64,000 nucleotides of DNA, from positions 1 through 64,000 of the IMG/VR virus record IMGVR_UViG_3300006914_000013. One strand, 5' to 3'. Source of the DNA: a virus. Every line of letters starts with the position of its first letter. Within the stretch, counting starts at the first letter, position 1. Shown piece by piece: positions 7,852 through 16,517 of this stretch. The notes under the pieces are model-generated. The model searched no databases and was not told where the DNA came from. It worked only from the letters and a program-made list of their open reading frames with translations. The position numbers were made by a program, and so were the translations under genes.

Positions 7852-9303
7852 GTGCCTGCACCGACCTCGCAACCTATTGTTTTGCCGCGCTCGCTCGTGA
7901 ACAAAGCCGTGACTGAAACGGTTTTTGATCGCGCCGGGGCGGACCAGGTTGTGCCCCGGGATAACCGCCAAACGGTCAACGAAGCGATCAGTGCCAGCCG
8001 CGCACGGAACAACCTGATCGGCTCGATCCGCGACCTGTATTCCCGCGAAGGGACCTTCTCGTCAGCGGCATTCAGTTTTGTCGAAGTTGCTCTTTCCGGT
8101 TACAGCGCCAAGGCCTACAACACCCAAACCGGCCAATTCGATCTGGCCGGTAGCCTGATGGCTCGGCAGATCATCGCCGGCTTCGACACCCTTTTTGACT
8201 ACAGCCAGGGCTACGGCGACAAGACTTCGTTTGAGAGTCTGCTGGAGCAGTCCCTGCTGGAAGTGGTGCTGACCAGCGCCCTGTGCCAGGAACTGGTGCT
8301 GGATAAGGCGCGCTTCCCTACCAAGATCAACACCATTCCATTCGAAACGATTGATTGGAAGAACGTCGGCAGCGGCCCGAAAGCCAAGAAGGTACCGCAG
8401 CAGAACCGCAGTCAGGGCGACCCGGTGCTGCTCGATGTGCCCACGGTGTTCATCAGCGAATTGCACCGTCAGGCGAACCGCGCTTACTCCGACTCGATGC
8501 TCTCGGCCGGGGTGAACAACACCTACACCTACGGCGAATTTCTGGAAGAAATGCGCCGTGCCGTGCGCCGCCAAGGTCACGGCCGTCTGGTGCTCAAGAT
8601 CAACATCGAACAGGTGATGGCCGCGCTGCCCCCTGAAATCAAGGCGGACAAGACCAAGTTGCAGAACGCGCTCGATGCGGTGAAAACCAAGATCGAGGAA
8701 AACTTGAAGGGCATCAACCCGGAAGACGCGCTGGTCATTTACGACACCGTGACCCCGGACATGCTCAAGGCGCAGGGCGAGAAAAGCGACTACGTGCCGC
8801 TGATCGAAACGCTCTCTGGCCTGCTGGCCACCTCGCTCAAATCCAACCCGTCGATGCTCGGCCTGCGCATGCAGGGCTCGCAATCGTTGAGCAACACCGA
8901 AAGCCTGGTGTTCCTCAAGATCGCCAACGCCGCCCGCCGCCCGGTCGAAACCAACCTGTCGCGCATCCTCACGCTGGCCGCCCGCCTGTACGGCGCCGAC
9001 GTGTACATCAAGTTCCGCTTCGACCCGATCAACCTGCGCCCGGATCTGGAGCTGGAAGCGTTCAAGACCATGCGCCAGGCGCGGACCCTTGAACTGTTGT
9101 CCGAAGGCTTTTTGACCGACGACGAAGCAGCTTGGGACCTCGGCACCGGCCCTCGCGCCCCGGGCGCCCCGCCGCTCGCTGGCACCGGCTTCCGCCGTGG
9201 CAGCAAGGGCATCGACGCCAACGCCGCGAGCCCGAACGAAGACCCGCAGGGCCGCGCCCTGCAATCGAATGAACCGAAAAAAGCCGGGGGCGCCAGCCAA
9301 TGA
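7852..9303 (+). CDS. Portal protein
   Basis: ~480 aa between terminase and protease; GTG 7852 after a G-rich SD; IKFRFDPINL portal-like C-terminal region. Confidence 0.75.
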   Translation: MPAPTSQPIVLPRSLVNKAVTETVFDRAGADQVVPRDNRQTVNEAISASRARNNLIGSIRDLYSREGTFSSAAFSFVEVALSGYSAKAYNTQTGQFDLAGSLMARQIIAGFDTLFDYSQGYGDKTSFESLLEQSLLEVVLTSALCQELVLDKARFPTKINTIPFETIDWKNVGSGPKAKKVPQQNRSQGDPVLLDVPTVFISELHRQANRAYSDSMLSAGVNNTYTYGEFLEEMRRAVRRQGHGRLVLKINIEQVMAALPPEIKADKTKLQNALDAVKTKIEENLKGINPEDALVIYDTVTPDMLKAQGEKSDYVPLIETLSGLLATSLKSNPSMLGLRMQGSQSLSNTESLVFLKIANAARRPVETNLSRILTLAARLYGADVYIKFRFDPINLRPDLELEAFKTMRQARTLELLSEGFLTDDEAAWDLGTGPRAPGAPPLAGTGFRRGSKGIDANAASPNEDPQGRALQSNEPKKAGGASQ

Positions 9304-10805
9304 CCGCCAAACGCAGCAAGACACCTCGCGGCCAAAGCCTGCAACTCGGCGACATCTGGTATGGCGACGACGACAGCATGCTATCCGCCCGCACCAGCCT
9401 GACGCAGCTGGCCGCGCTCGACCCTAAGTTGTATGCCGGCGACGACGAAGACGAAGACGAGAGCTTCGACGGGTTCCCGGAATACAGCTACATGCTCACC
9501 CGCCATGGCCACATTGCGGTGCTCAGCATCAGCGGGAGCATGGTCAGCAAGGAAACTTTCTACAACCGCTACGTGGGCCTGTGCTCGTACCAGGAAATCC
9601 GCAACGCCGCGATCGTCGCCGCTGAGTCCGGCTGCCGGGGCCTGCTGCTGGACATCGACACCAGCGGCGGCAGCGCCGAGGGCATCGGCGAGCTGTCGGA
9701 CTTCCTGACCGAGTTCGATAAGAACGTGATGCCGGTTTACACCTACACCGGTACCAAGATGCTCAGCGCCGGTTACTGGATCGGCTGCATCGGCCGAAAA
9801 GTTTTCAGCTCCGCGATGGCCCTGGACGGGTCGATCGGCGTAGTGACCGCACATTTCAGTTACGCCCGGATGCTCAAGGAACAGGGCATCGACGTAACCA
9901 TGCTTCGCCAGGGCGAGTTCAAAGCGTTGGGCTCCCCCTACGAAAAGCTGGACGACAAGGCTCGGGCCGACATCGAGGCGCGCATGGGGAAGTTCTACGA
10001 ACTCTTCCTCGCGCACGTCTCCAAGCACCGGAGCATCGACGTACCGGCACTGATCGAAACCGCTGCCGAAGGTCGCGTCTTTATGGGCGAAGACGCTGTA
10101 GCAGTGGGGCTAGTAGACCAAATCACTACCTTCGACAAGGCGGTTTCCGCCGTGATGAAAGCGGTGGGTGATCGACAGCCACAGGTCTCTGTACTCACCC
10201 CATCAACCTACTTAGGTGTGGACCATATGAAGCGCAAATTGACTGACGCGGGCCAAGCGGCCGTCGCTTCGGGGATGGCTGAGCAGCTGGCCTTGGCTGA
10301 TCCGAAGCTCTCCGAAGAAATCAAAGAACCAACCAAAGAAGAACTGGAAGCCGCCGAAGCTGCTGCTGCGCTCGCCGCCGCTGCTGACCCGGTTGTTCCA
10401 GAACCGAAGGTTGAGCCAGAAGCTGCCCCGGCCCCGGCCGCGAAAGCGGAACAACTGTCCGATCAGACCCTGGACAAAATCATCGCGCTGTCGACCGAAC
10501 TGGCCGATGCCCGGGGTGAAGTCAAGCGCCTGCAAGCCAGTGAAACGGAACGCTCGGCCAGCATGACCACGCTGATGAAAATCTGTGGTGATGCCATCAA
10601 CCGCATGGAATTGCCGTTGAGCCGCAGCCCGACCTCGTTCACCGGCATGAGCGCGGAAACCCTGATCGGCACCTACCACCGCACGCTCTCTGACTTCAAC
10701 AGCCGGATGAAGATCGGCGCGCAAGCCGAAGTGCCGGGCGAAGGCGATTTGGGTACGCCCAAAGCACAGGCCTACGCGCCCAGCGCTGACTGCGTGAAGC
10801 TCTAA
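9300..10805 (+). CDS. Capsid maturation protease (S49) with C-terminal scaffold domain
   Basis: LLDIDTSGG, SAGYWI, GSIGV, GEFKA, AVAVGLVD are S49 motifs; Ala/Glu/Pro-rich tail; in-frame ATG at 10227 with SD. Confidence 0.9.
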   Translation: MTAKRSKTPRGQSLQLGDIWYGDDDSMLSARTSLTQLAALDPKLYAGDDEDEDESFDGFPEYSYMLTRHGHIAVLSISGSMVSKETFYNRYVGLCSYQEIRNAAIVAAESGCRGLLLDIDTSGGSAEGIGELSDFLTEFDKNVMPVYTYTGTKMLSAGYWIGCIGRKVFSSAMALDGSIGVVTAHFSYARMLKEQGIDVTMLRQGEFKALGSPYEKLDDKARADIEARMGKFYELFLAHVSKHRSIDVPALIETAAEGRVFMGEDAVAVGLVDQITTFDKAVSAVMKAVGDRQPQVSVLTPSTYLGVDHMKRKLTDAGQAAVASGMAEQLALADPKLSEEIKEPTKEELEAAEAAAALAAAADPVVPEPKVEPEAAPAPAAKAEQLSDQTLDKIIALSTELADARGEVKRLQASETERSASMTTLMKICGDAINRMELPLSRSPTSFTGMSAETLIGTYHRTLSDFNSRMKIGAQAEVPGEGDLGTPKAQAYAPSADCVKL

Positions 10806-10830
10806 CAAAACTTTTTTGGGGGAATGACCA

Positions 10831-11310
10831 ATGACCACTTTTGTTTACAACGAGAGCGTCACCGACGCGATGAAGGACACCATTTCGGCTGCCCTTGGTG
10901 CCGCCGCGTCCAGCGGTATCGGTAACAACGACCTGAACAAGGCCTACAAGGCGGGCACGGCGCAGAACTATGTGCCTTGCGCAGACGGTGACGCGATCGA
11001 GGGTTTCCTGACCGCGATCGAGCCTTTCACTGTTAACGCCGGCTTCGTCTTCGGCTCGGTCCAGCGCCGCGGTCGCAAGGTGGTGCAGAACGGCGCAGCT
11101 CAGGCCACGTTGGCAGTGGGTGACTACGTCGTCGCCTTCACCCAAGTCGCAATCGGCACTGCCGGTTTTGCGCAGGTGAAGAAAGCGACCGCCACTGCGG
11201 CCACCGACGACGGCGCGCTGAACCAGGCGGGGCTGTTCGCATGGCGCGTGATCCGCATCGTCACTGGTACCGGCGTTGCCGGCGACCAGGTTTTGATTGA
11301 GCGCGTTTAA
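10831..11310 (+). CDS. Capsid decoration/cement protein
   Basis: Small Ala/Gly-rich protein between protease and major capsid protein; strong codon bias. Confidence 0.65.
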   Translation: MTTFVYNESVTDAMKDTISAALGAAASSGIGNNDLNKAYKAGTAQNYVPCADGDAIEGFLTAIEPFTVNAGFVFGSVQRRGRKVVQNGAAQATLAVGDYVVAFTQVAIGTAGFAQVKKATATAATDDGALNQAGLFAWRVIRIVTGTGVAGDQVLIERV

Positions 11311-11343
11311 CGCTCATTCCGACACATCTTTGGGGGAAACGAA

Positions 11344-12546
11344 ATGAGCGATCTCACCACTACGCTGAAACTGCGTAACACCGAAGGTAACCTCGTTGAG
11401 GTGCCGTTCGACGTGCGCATGTACGCGCAGGCATCCGAAAAGGGCTTGACCCTGTCGCAGCACCTGAACCAGATGTACGCAGGCGCCACCGACCTCGTTA
11501 AGTACGGCGACGTGTTGCAACAGGCCATGCTGCACTCCGGCATGTACACCTCGACCGACAGCCGCATGGGCATGCACCCGCCGAGCATGAAACAAATGTT
11601 CGACACCGGCATCCAGATGGGCTCGATCACCCGCGGCGACGGTTCCGACCGTGCCACCGTGGCTGGCCGCATGCTCTACCCGGAAATCCTGATGCGCGCC
11701 ATCGAGTCCAAGCTGCGCGACGACTACAGCGACCTGCTGGGCACTTGGTCGACCTTCATCGCGCAGACTCAGACCGTGACCGGGCCAAAGTTCGACCAGC
11801 CCGTGATCGACGTAACCCGTCCTGAAGGCTACTCGTCGATGCCGATCGCTCAGCTGGCTGAGCCGGACGTGATGCTGTCCATCACCACCGCTGCCCGTTC
11901 GAACAGCATTCCAACCAAGTCGATTGGTCTGCTGATTTCCGACCAGGCCGCGCAAGCGTCGACCCTGGACCTGGTCAACCTGGCCATGACTGCCCAAGCC
12001 CGCGCTGAGCGCGTGCGCATGGTGCAGGCGGACATCGCTGCAATCGTCTCCGGGGATGTCGACCGTGGCGAGACCGCGAAGACCTCGTTCAAGGCCAACA
12101 CCCTGGACTCCTCGATCGTGGCGGCTGGCACCCTGACCCATCGGGCTTGGGTGAAGTACATGCACAAACAGCGCCGCAGCATGCTGACCCTGGGCGCGAT
12201 CTGCGACCTGGACACCGCGCTGGCAATCGAGGCGCGCTCGGGCAAACCGACTCGCGACACGGTGTTCGTGCCACAGGCCGAAGGCTTCAACCAGGGTGTG
12301 AGCATCGAGAATCTGACTGGTCCAGATCCTCGCCTGCTGATCGTCGATGACGGCGTGATCGCCGCCAACACCTTCGTCGGCATCGACACCCGCTTCGCCC
12401 TGCGCCGCGTCATCAACATCTCTGCCGCCTACTCGGCGGTTGAGCAGTTCGTGCTGCGCCGTGCGACCGCGTTCCGTGTCGATTTCGGGGAAATGACCCA
12501 CACCTTATACCCAGATGCTTTCAAGGTGATGACACTCACGCTGTAA
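11344..12546 (+). CDS. Major capsid protein
   Basis: 400 aa, highly biased codons, position in head module, followed by a hairpin. Confidence 0.8.
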   Translation: MSDLTTTLKLRNTEGNLVEVPFDVRMYAQASEKGLTLSQHLNQMYAGATDLVKYGDVLQQAMLHSGMYTSTDSRMGMHPPSMKQMFDTGIQMGSITRGDGSDRATVAGRMLYPEILMRAIESKLRDDYSDLLGTWSTFIAQTQTVTGPKFDQPVIDVTRPEGYSSMPIAQLAEPDVMLSITTAARSNSIPTKSIGLLISDQAAQASTLDLVNLAMTAQARAERVRMVQADIAAIVSGDVDRGETAKTSFKANTLDSSIVAAGTLTHRAWVKYMHKQRRSMLTLGAICDLDTALAIEARSGKPTRDTVFVPQAEGFNQGVSIENLTGPDPRLLIVDDGVIAANTFVGIDTRFALRRVINISAAYSAVEQFVLRRATAFRVDFGEMTHTLYPDAFKVMTLTL

Positions 12547-12555
12547 ATGGAATAA

Positions 12556-12573
12556 GGGGGCCGCAAGGCCCCC
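12556..12573 (+). other. GNRA hairpin after the capsid gene (mRNA-stabilising or weak terminator)
   Basis: GGGGGCC-GCAA-GGCCCCC with no U tract. Confidence 0.6.
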
Positions 12574-12597
12574 AACCCCAACCGCAGGAGCCGAGCC

Positions 12598-12822
12598 ATG
12601 TCCCGTACCACTGAAAAACCGCAAGACGCACCCAAGGCATCCGCACCTGCCAAGGCAGACGGCTGGCCAAAATTTCTCAAGTCGACGACCCCCTACGGCT
12701 ACACCGACCCGGATTCGAACATCCACTACGGCCCGGTGACCCCCGTTAAAGTCGACGCCGCTCCAGCGGACGGCACCTGGCTGCACGGCCAGTTGCTCGC
12801 CGGCTTGATCAGCGAAGCGTAA
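12598..12822 (+). CDS. Small virion-associated protein
   Basis: AGGAG SD; directly after the major capsid gene. Confidence 0.7.
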   Translation: MSRTTEKPQDAPKASAPAKADGWPKFLKSTTPYGYTDPDSNIHYGPVTPVKVDAAPADGTWLHGQLLAGLISEA

Positions 12823-12832
12823 GGAGACGCCC

Positions 12833-13312
12833 ATGGCCAACCTCGGCAGCTACACCAACACCGACGCGGTGCGCGGCTGCCTTGGTGTGGATCAGGACGA
12901 TTGCCCGGATCGCTACATGGTGGATTCGCAGGTCGCGCTGGAACTGAGCCTCGACCTCGACGCTTGGTTGCCGACGCATGCCGCGCTGTACACCGCTGGC
13001 ACGACGGGCACACCGACCACCGCTGCCAAGGCGATCGCCGACCGGATCAAGCTGTATGCGCAATGGTTCGTGGCGCTGGAATTCGCCAACCGCCCGCTCG
13101 CCGTGCCGCAGATCGTCACGGACGGTAAGGCCCAGCTCGACCGATTCAAGATCGACTTGAGCAAGGTGGCAGAACTGGCCGCTGGCAAGGTGGCGAAGTA
13201 CAAAAACGAGTTGCAGGCGGCGGTCGAGGGTTTGCCAGCCCTAGCGCCGTACACCAACTACGTCAACGTGGCGACCCCTGGCGCCGACCCTGTGACCGAG
13301 GTGATCCAGTAA
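12833..13312 (+). CDS. Putative head-tail adaptor
   Basis: YT..D.VR..LG N-terminus typical of adaptors; position. Confidence 0.6.
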   Translation: MANLGSYTNTDAVRGCLGVDQDDCPDRYMVDSQVALELSLDLDAWLPTHAALYTAGTTGTPTTAAKAIADRIKLYAQWFVALEFANRPLAVPQIVTDGKAQLDRFKIDLSKVAELAAGKVAKYKNELQAAVEGLPALAPYTNYVNVATPGADPVTEVIQ

Positions 13313-13917
13313 TGGCCGACCTCGCCCGCGCCCTCGGCCGCTTTGCCCACACCCCCTTGCTGGGGTGGAACGCTGCGACCAGCGTTTGGGACGATACCGG
13401 CCTGCGCGGGCGCTTGCAGGTCTACGACCGGTTTATCACCGAGCGGGATTTCGGGCAGCGCAAACGCATCCTGACCTTGGCCGGCGACCAAACCTTGCCG
13501 GGCGCCTACTCGGTGATCCGCCTCGGTACCAGCCCGACCGTGTACATGCTGGAAAGCCTGAACCAGGACATCGAAGGCGAGGCCGTGTATGGCACGACCT
13601 TCGCCCTGCATCAGGCGCCGTTCCATGTGCGGGTCTGCCGCGAGGCCGTCACCATTCTGCAATCCGGGGTCAAGCACAAGACCGGCGCGGAAGAAGTGTT
13701 GTTCGACACCTGGGTCAACCTGTCGCGCTACTCGGCGGTGGACTCGCGGGAATTCCCGCTGACCGACTTCACCATCTACACCGTCTACTTTCCGCGCAAC
13801 GTCGTCGCCACCACCGACATGTACGTGCGCCGGTTGGACAACGACGACGTGCTCGACATCACCGAGGTTTTCCAATCCTTGGAAATCCCAGCCGCGAGGG
13901 TCCAACGCCGTGGCTGA
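13312..13917 (+). CDS. Putative head closure protein
   Basis: Beta-rich; position in neck module. Confidence 0.5.
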   Translation: MADLARALGRFAHTPLLGWNAATSVWDDTGLRGRLQVYDRFITERDFGQRKRILTLAGDQTLPGAYSVIRLGTSPTVYMLESLNQDIEGEAVYGTTFALHQAPFHVRVCREAVTILQSGVKHKTGAEEVLFDTWVNLSRYSAVDSREFPLTDFTIYTVYFPRNVVATTDMYVRRLDNDDVLDITEVFQSLEIPAARVQRRG

Positions 13918-14383
13918 TGACTTCCCACTGATTGTGAAGGGCACCATCGACAAACTTGTGTCCGACAAGTGCGCCGCTTTGCAGGCGCAATACCCCGGTC
14001 TGGACTGGGCCGAAGTCGATGACATGCTGCAAACCGATGAGGCATTCAAAGGCGCAGGCCCTGCCCTGCTCTGGCAGTTCGGGGCGTTCGTCCCTGACCC
14101 GCGTGCGCCGCTGTACGAGATTGAGTTTTCGGTCGGGGCGCGCACCGTGGCCGACCCGGGCAACTACGCACTGATCGACCTGGTGTCGCAGATCCGCGAC
14201 GTGTTCCGGGCGGACCAGGAGTTCCAACTGTTCAACTACATCCTGCCCACGTCCTCCCCGGCGGACAACGTGAGCAAGGGTTTCGTGCGGGTGATTTCCA
14301 ACGAGATTTCGCCGCAGATGTTTGATCGCCAGTCCGGCATCCGCTACGCGGTGCTGCGGGGCAAGGCGGTGCGCTATGGCTAA
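13910..14383 (+). CDS. Putative tail terminator
   Basis: Size and position in neck module. Confidence 0.45.
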   Translation: MADDFPLIVKGTIDKLVSDKCAALQAQYPGLDWAEVDDMLQTDEAFKGAGPALLWQFGAFVPDPRAPLYEIEFSVGARTVADPGNYALIDLVSQIRDVFRADQEFQLFNYILPTSSPADNVSKGFVRVISNEISPQMFDRQSGIRYAVLRGKAVRYG

Positions 14384-15110
14384 CAACACCAGCGTCAGCT
14401 TTGAACTCAACAAAGACGCACTGCTCGCCGTGATCATCAAACACGGGGGCACGCTGAAGGCGATCACTGAGCGCGCCGAAGACAAGCAGCGCGGCCTGGA
14501 AGTGATCGGCACCAACTTCTATCAGGCGGCGGTCGACGCGACCCAAAAGTTTCTGAACGAAGGCATCCCGGGTAACGACCAAGCCCGCAACCGGCTGCTG
14601 GTGAGCAACCCGAACTTGCCCGGTGGCAAACGCATGGCGGTCACGGTGGGCTGGAAAGCGTTGAGCCTAGCGTGGCGCGACAACAAGCGTGAACGGGCGC
14701 GGGGCAACTACGGCGGCAAGCTGCGCAGCATCGGCCCGAAGGTGTTCTGGCTCGACACCGGCACCTTGCATGCCGCCTTCGCTGAGTGGGCACCGGGTAA
14801 GGCGCGGACGATCCGTTCAAAACCAATTATTCGAATGCTGAGCAATGGGTATTTCCAAGTGGATCACCCCATTGCATTCAAAAAACTGTCTCCGGCTTTC
14901 CTAGATCAAGCGCTTCGTAGGGCGCTGATCGCGGGGGCCGCTGCGGGAAGGCGCGGGGTAGTGCTGGAACCTTTGGGGAGAACGAGCAAGCGGGACGGTG
15001 TGTACCGCGCGTTCTTGAACGAAGGCCGCCGGCCGCTGATGCGACCACTGGCCAACAGGCTGGGCAAGGCAATGCAGGAACAGATGACCAAACTACTTCG
15101 CAGGAGATAA
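14376..15110 (+). CDS. Putative neck/tail completion protein (basic)
   Basis: ATG 14376; LDTGTL..A motif and RPLMRP C-terminus resemble HK97 gp10-like proteins. Confidence 0.5.
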   Translation: MANNTSVSFELNKDALLAVIIKHGGTLKAITERAEDKQRGLEVIGTNFYQAAVDATQKFLNEGIPGNDQARNRLLVSNPNLPGGKRMAVTVGWKALSLAWRDNKRERARGNYGGKLRSIGPKVFWLDTGTLHAAFAEWAPGKARTIRSKPIIRMLSNGYFQVDHPIAFKKLSPAFLDQALRRALIAGAAAGRRGVVLEPLGRTSKRDGVYRAFLNEGRRPLMRPLANRLGKAMQEQMTKLLRRR

Positions 15111-15114
15111 AGCC

Positions 15115-15918
15115 ATGTCTTTGGGCTCGCCAGTAACGAACAAGTTTCAGATCGGGACCGCCGAACTCCGTGTCGGTCCGATGACCTCGGCCATGAAGCT
15201 GCTCCAGACCCACTCCGTGGGCTTGGTCGACAGCTGCTCGGTCACCATCGGCCAGGAATCCGTCGACCTGGAAGGCGGTTTTCCGAAGCAACTGATGGAC
15301 TCGGCGGTGGTGCGTCAGACCGCCGAAGTGTCCACCGTGCTGCGTGAATACTCGCGCCGCAACCTGAAAATCGCGATCGGTGATGGTGTGACCACCGCTG
15401 TCGCGGACGTGGCCACCACCGTGGGCACCGCCGCTTCGGCTGCGGCCACCTCGCTGACCCTCGTTGCCGGTACCGGCATTTCGGGCAGTGACCTGATCGT
15501 GGCTTACAAGGTCAACACCCCGGAAACCGTGCAGATCCTGCGCGTGGCTTCGGTGTCGACCAACACCCTGACCCTGGACGCCTCCACCCCGCTGCTGTTC
15601 GACCTGGCGGTAGGTGACCCTGTGTTTGTGGCCAAACAAGTCGCGATCGGTGCGGTTTCCCAAACGAACTACATGGCTGCCGCCATCGTTCAGAAGGAAA
15701 ACAGCTCGGGTCGTCCGCTGGTGTGGAACTTCTGGAAGGCCTCTATCTCGGGCAACCTGGAGTACGCCACCAACTCCAGCGACTTCGCATCCACCACCAT
15801 GACCCTGAAATGCTTGCAGCCGGCAGCGGCTGAGTATGGCGTCGGGGCCAACCTGGCGCACTTGGCCAACATCATCCCGTCCCACCCTACTGGCTTCCTC
15901 GCCCTCGGCGGTAGCTAA
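15115..15918 (+). CDS. Major tail tube protein
   Basis: IG.AEL.VG N-terminus, Thr/Ala/Val rich, AGGAG SD, followed by a terminator. Confidence 0.75.
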   Translation: MSLGSPVTNKFQIGTAELRVGPMTSAMKLLQTHSVGLVDSCSVTIGQESVDLEGGFPKQLMDSAVVRQTAEVSTVLREYSRRNLKIAIGDGVTTAVADVATTVGTAASAAATSLTLVAGTGISGSDLIVAYKVNTPETVQILRVASVSTNTLTLDASTPLLFDLAVGDPVFVAKQVAIGAVSQTNYMAAAIVQKENSSGRPLVWNFWKASISGNLEYATNSSDFASTTMTLKCLQPAAAEYGVGANLAHLANIIPSHPTGFLALGGS

Positions 15919-15936
15919 GTCCGGGAACGCAACAGG

Positions 15937-15960
15937 GGCCGGGCGCTGCCCGGCCTTTTT
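15937..15960 (+). terminator. Intrinsic terminator
   Basis: GGCCGGGC-gct-GCCCGGCC-TTTTT. Confidence 0.85.
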
Positions 15961-15983
15961 CCATCAGCGATCGGAGGTGTGCG

Positions 15984-16514
15984 ATGTCGTTGTTCCGCGT
16001 CAGCAAGCCAAAGATCACCCTGCTGTTCAAAGAGATTTTGGGCGAAGTCATCGAGCAACAACCTGACTTGGCCTTGGGGCTGGCGATCGAGCTGGCCGCT
16101 GAACAGGCAAAGATGCCCTGCCCCAATCTGGAGGCCGTGGCGCAACGCCTGCTGGAAGAAAAGCTAGCCCCCGCCACCCCGACGCAGCCCGGCCCTAAAG
16201 GCAATGGCTTCGGTTCGGCGTACACCGCGTGGCTGAACTCCCTGAAAACCGACCAGCTCTGCCTGTGGCTGGCCGACTACGACCCGCAGCGGGCACAGGT
16301 CCTGTACTGCGAAGTCGACATGGACCTGGTCAAGTCCATGATCGAGATGAAAACCGCGCACGTTTGGCAAGACCTGCGCACCCGCTTTGAAGCCTGTCTA
16401 CTCGGCGCGGGCGGGAAGTTGACCAGCCAGAACGACACAGTCCACGACATCGACATGACCGACAAAGCGTCGGTGGATTCCATGATCGACATTATGAAAA
16501 AACTGGGGTTCTAA
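15984..16514 (+). CDS. Putative tail assembly chaperone
   Basis: Between tail tube and tape measure genes; GGAGG SD. Confidence 0.6.
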   Translation: MSLFRVSKPKITLLFKEILGEVIEQQPDLALGLAIELAAEQAKMPCPNLEAVAQRLLEEKLAPATPTQPGPKGNGFGSAYTAWLNSLKTDQLCLWLADYDPQRAQVLYCEVDMDLVKSMIEMKTAHVWQDLRTRFEACLLGAGGKLTSQNDTVHDIDMTDKASVDSMIDIMKKLGF

Positions 16515-16517
16515 GAC

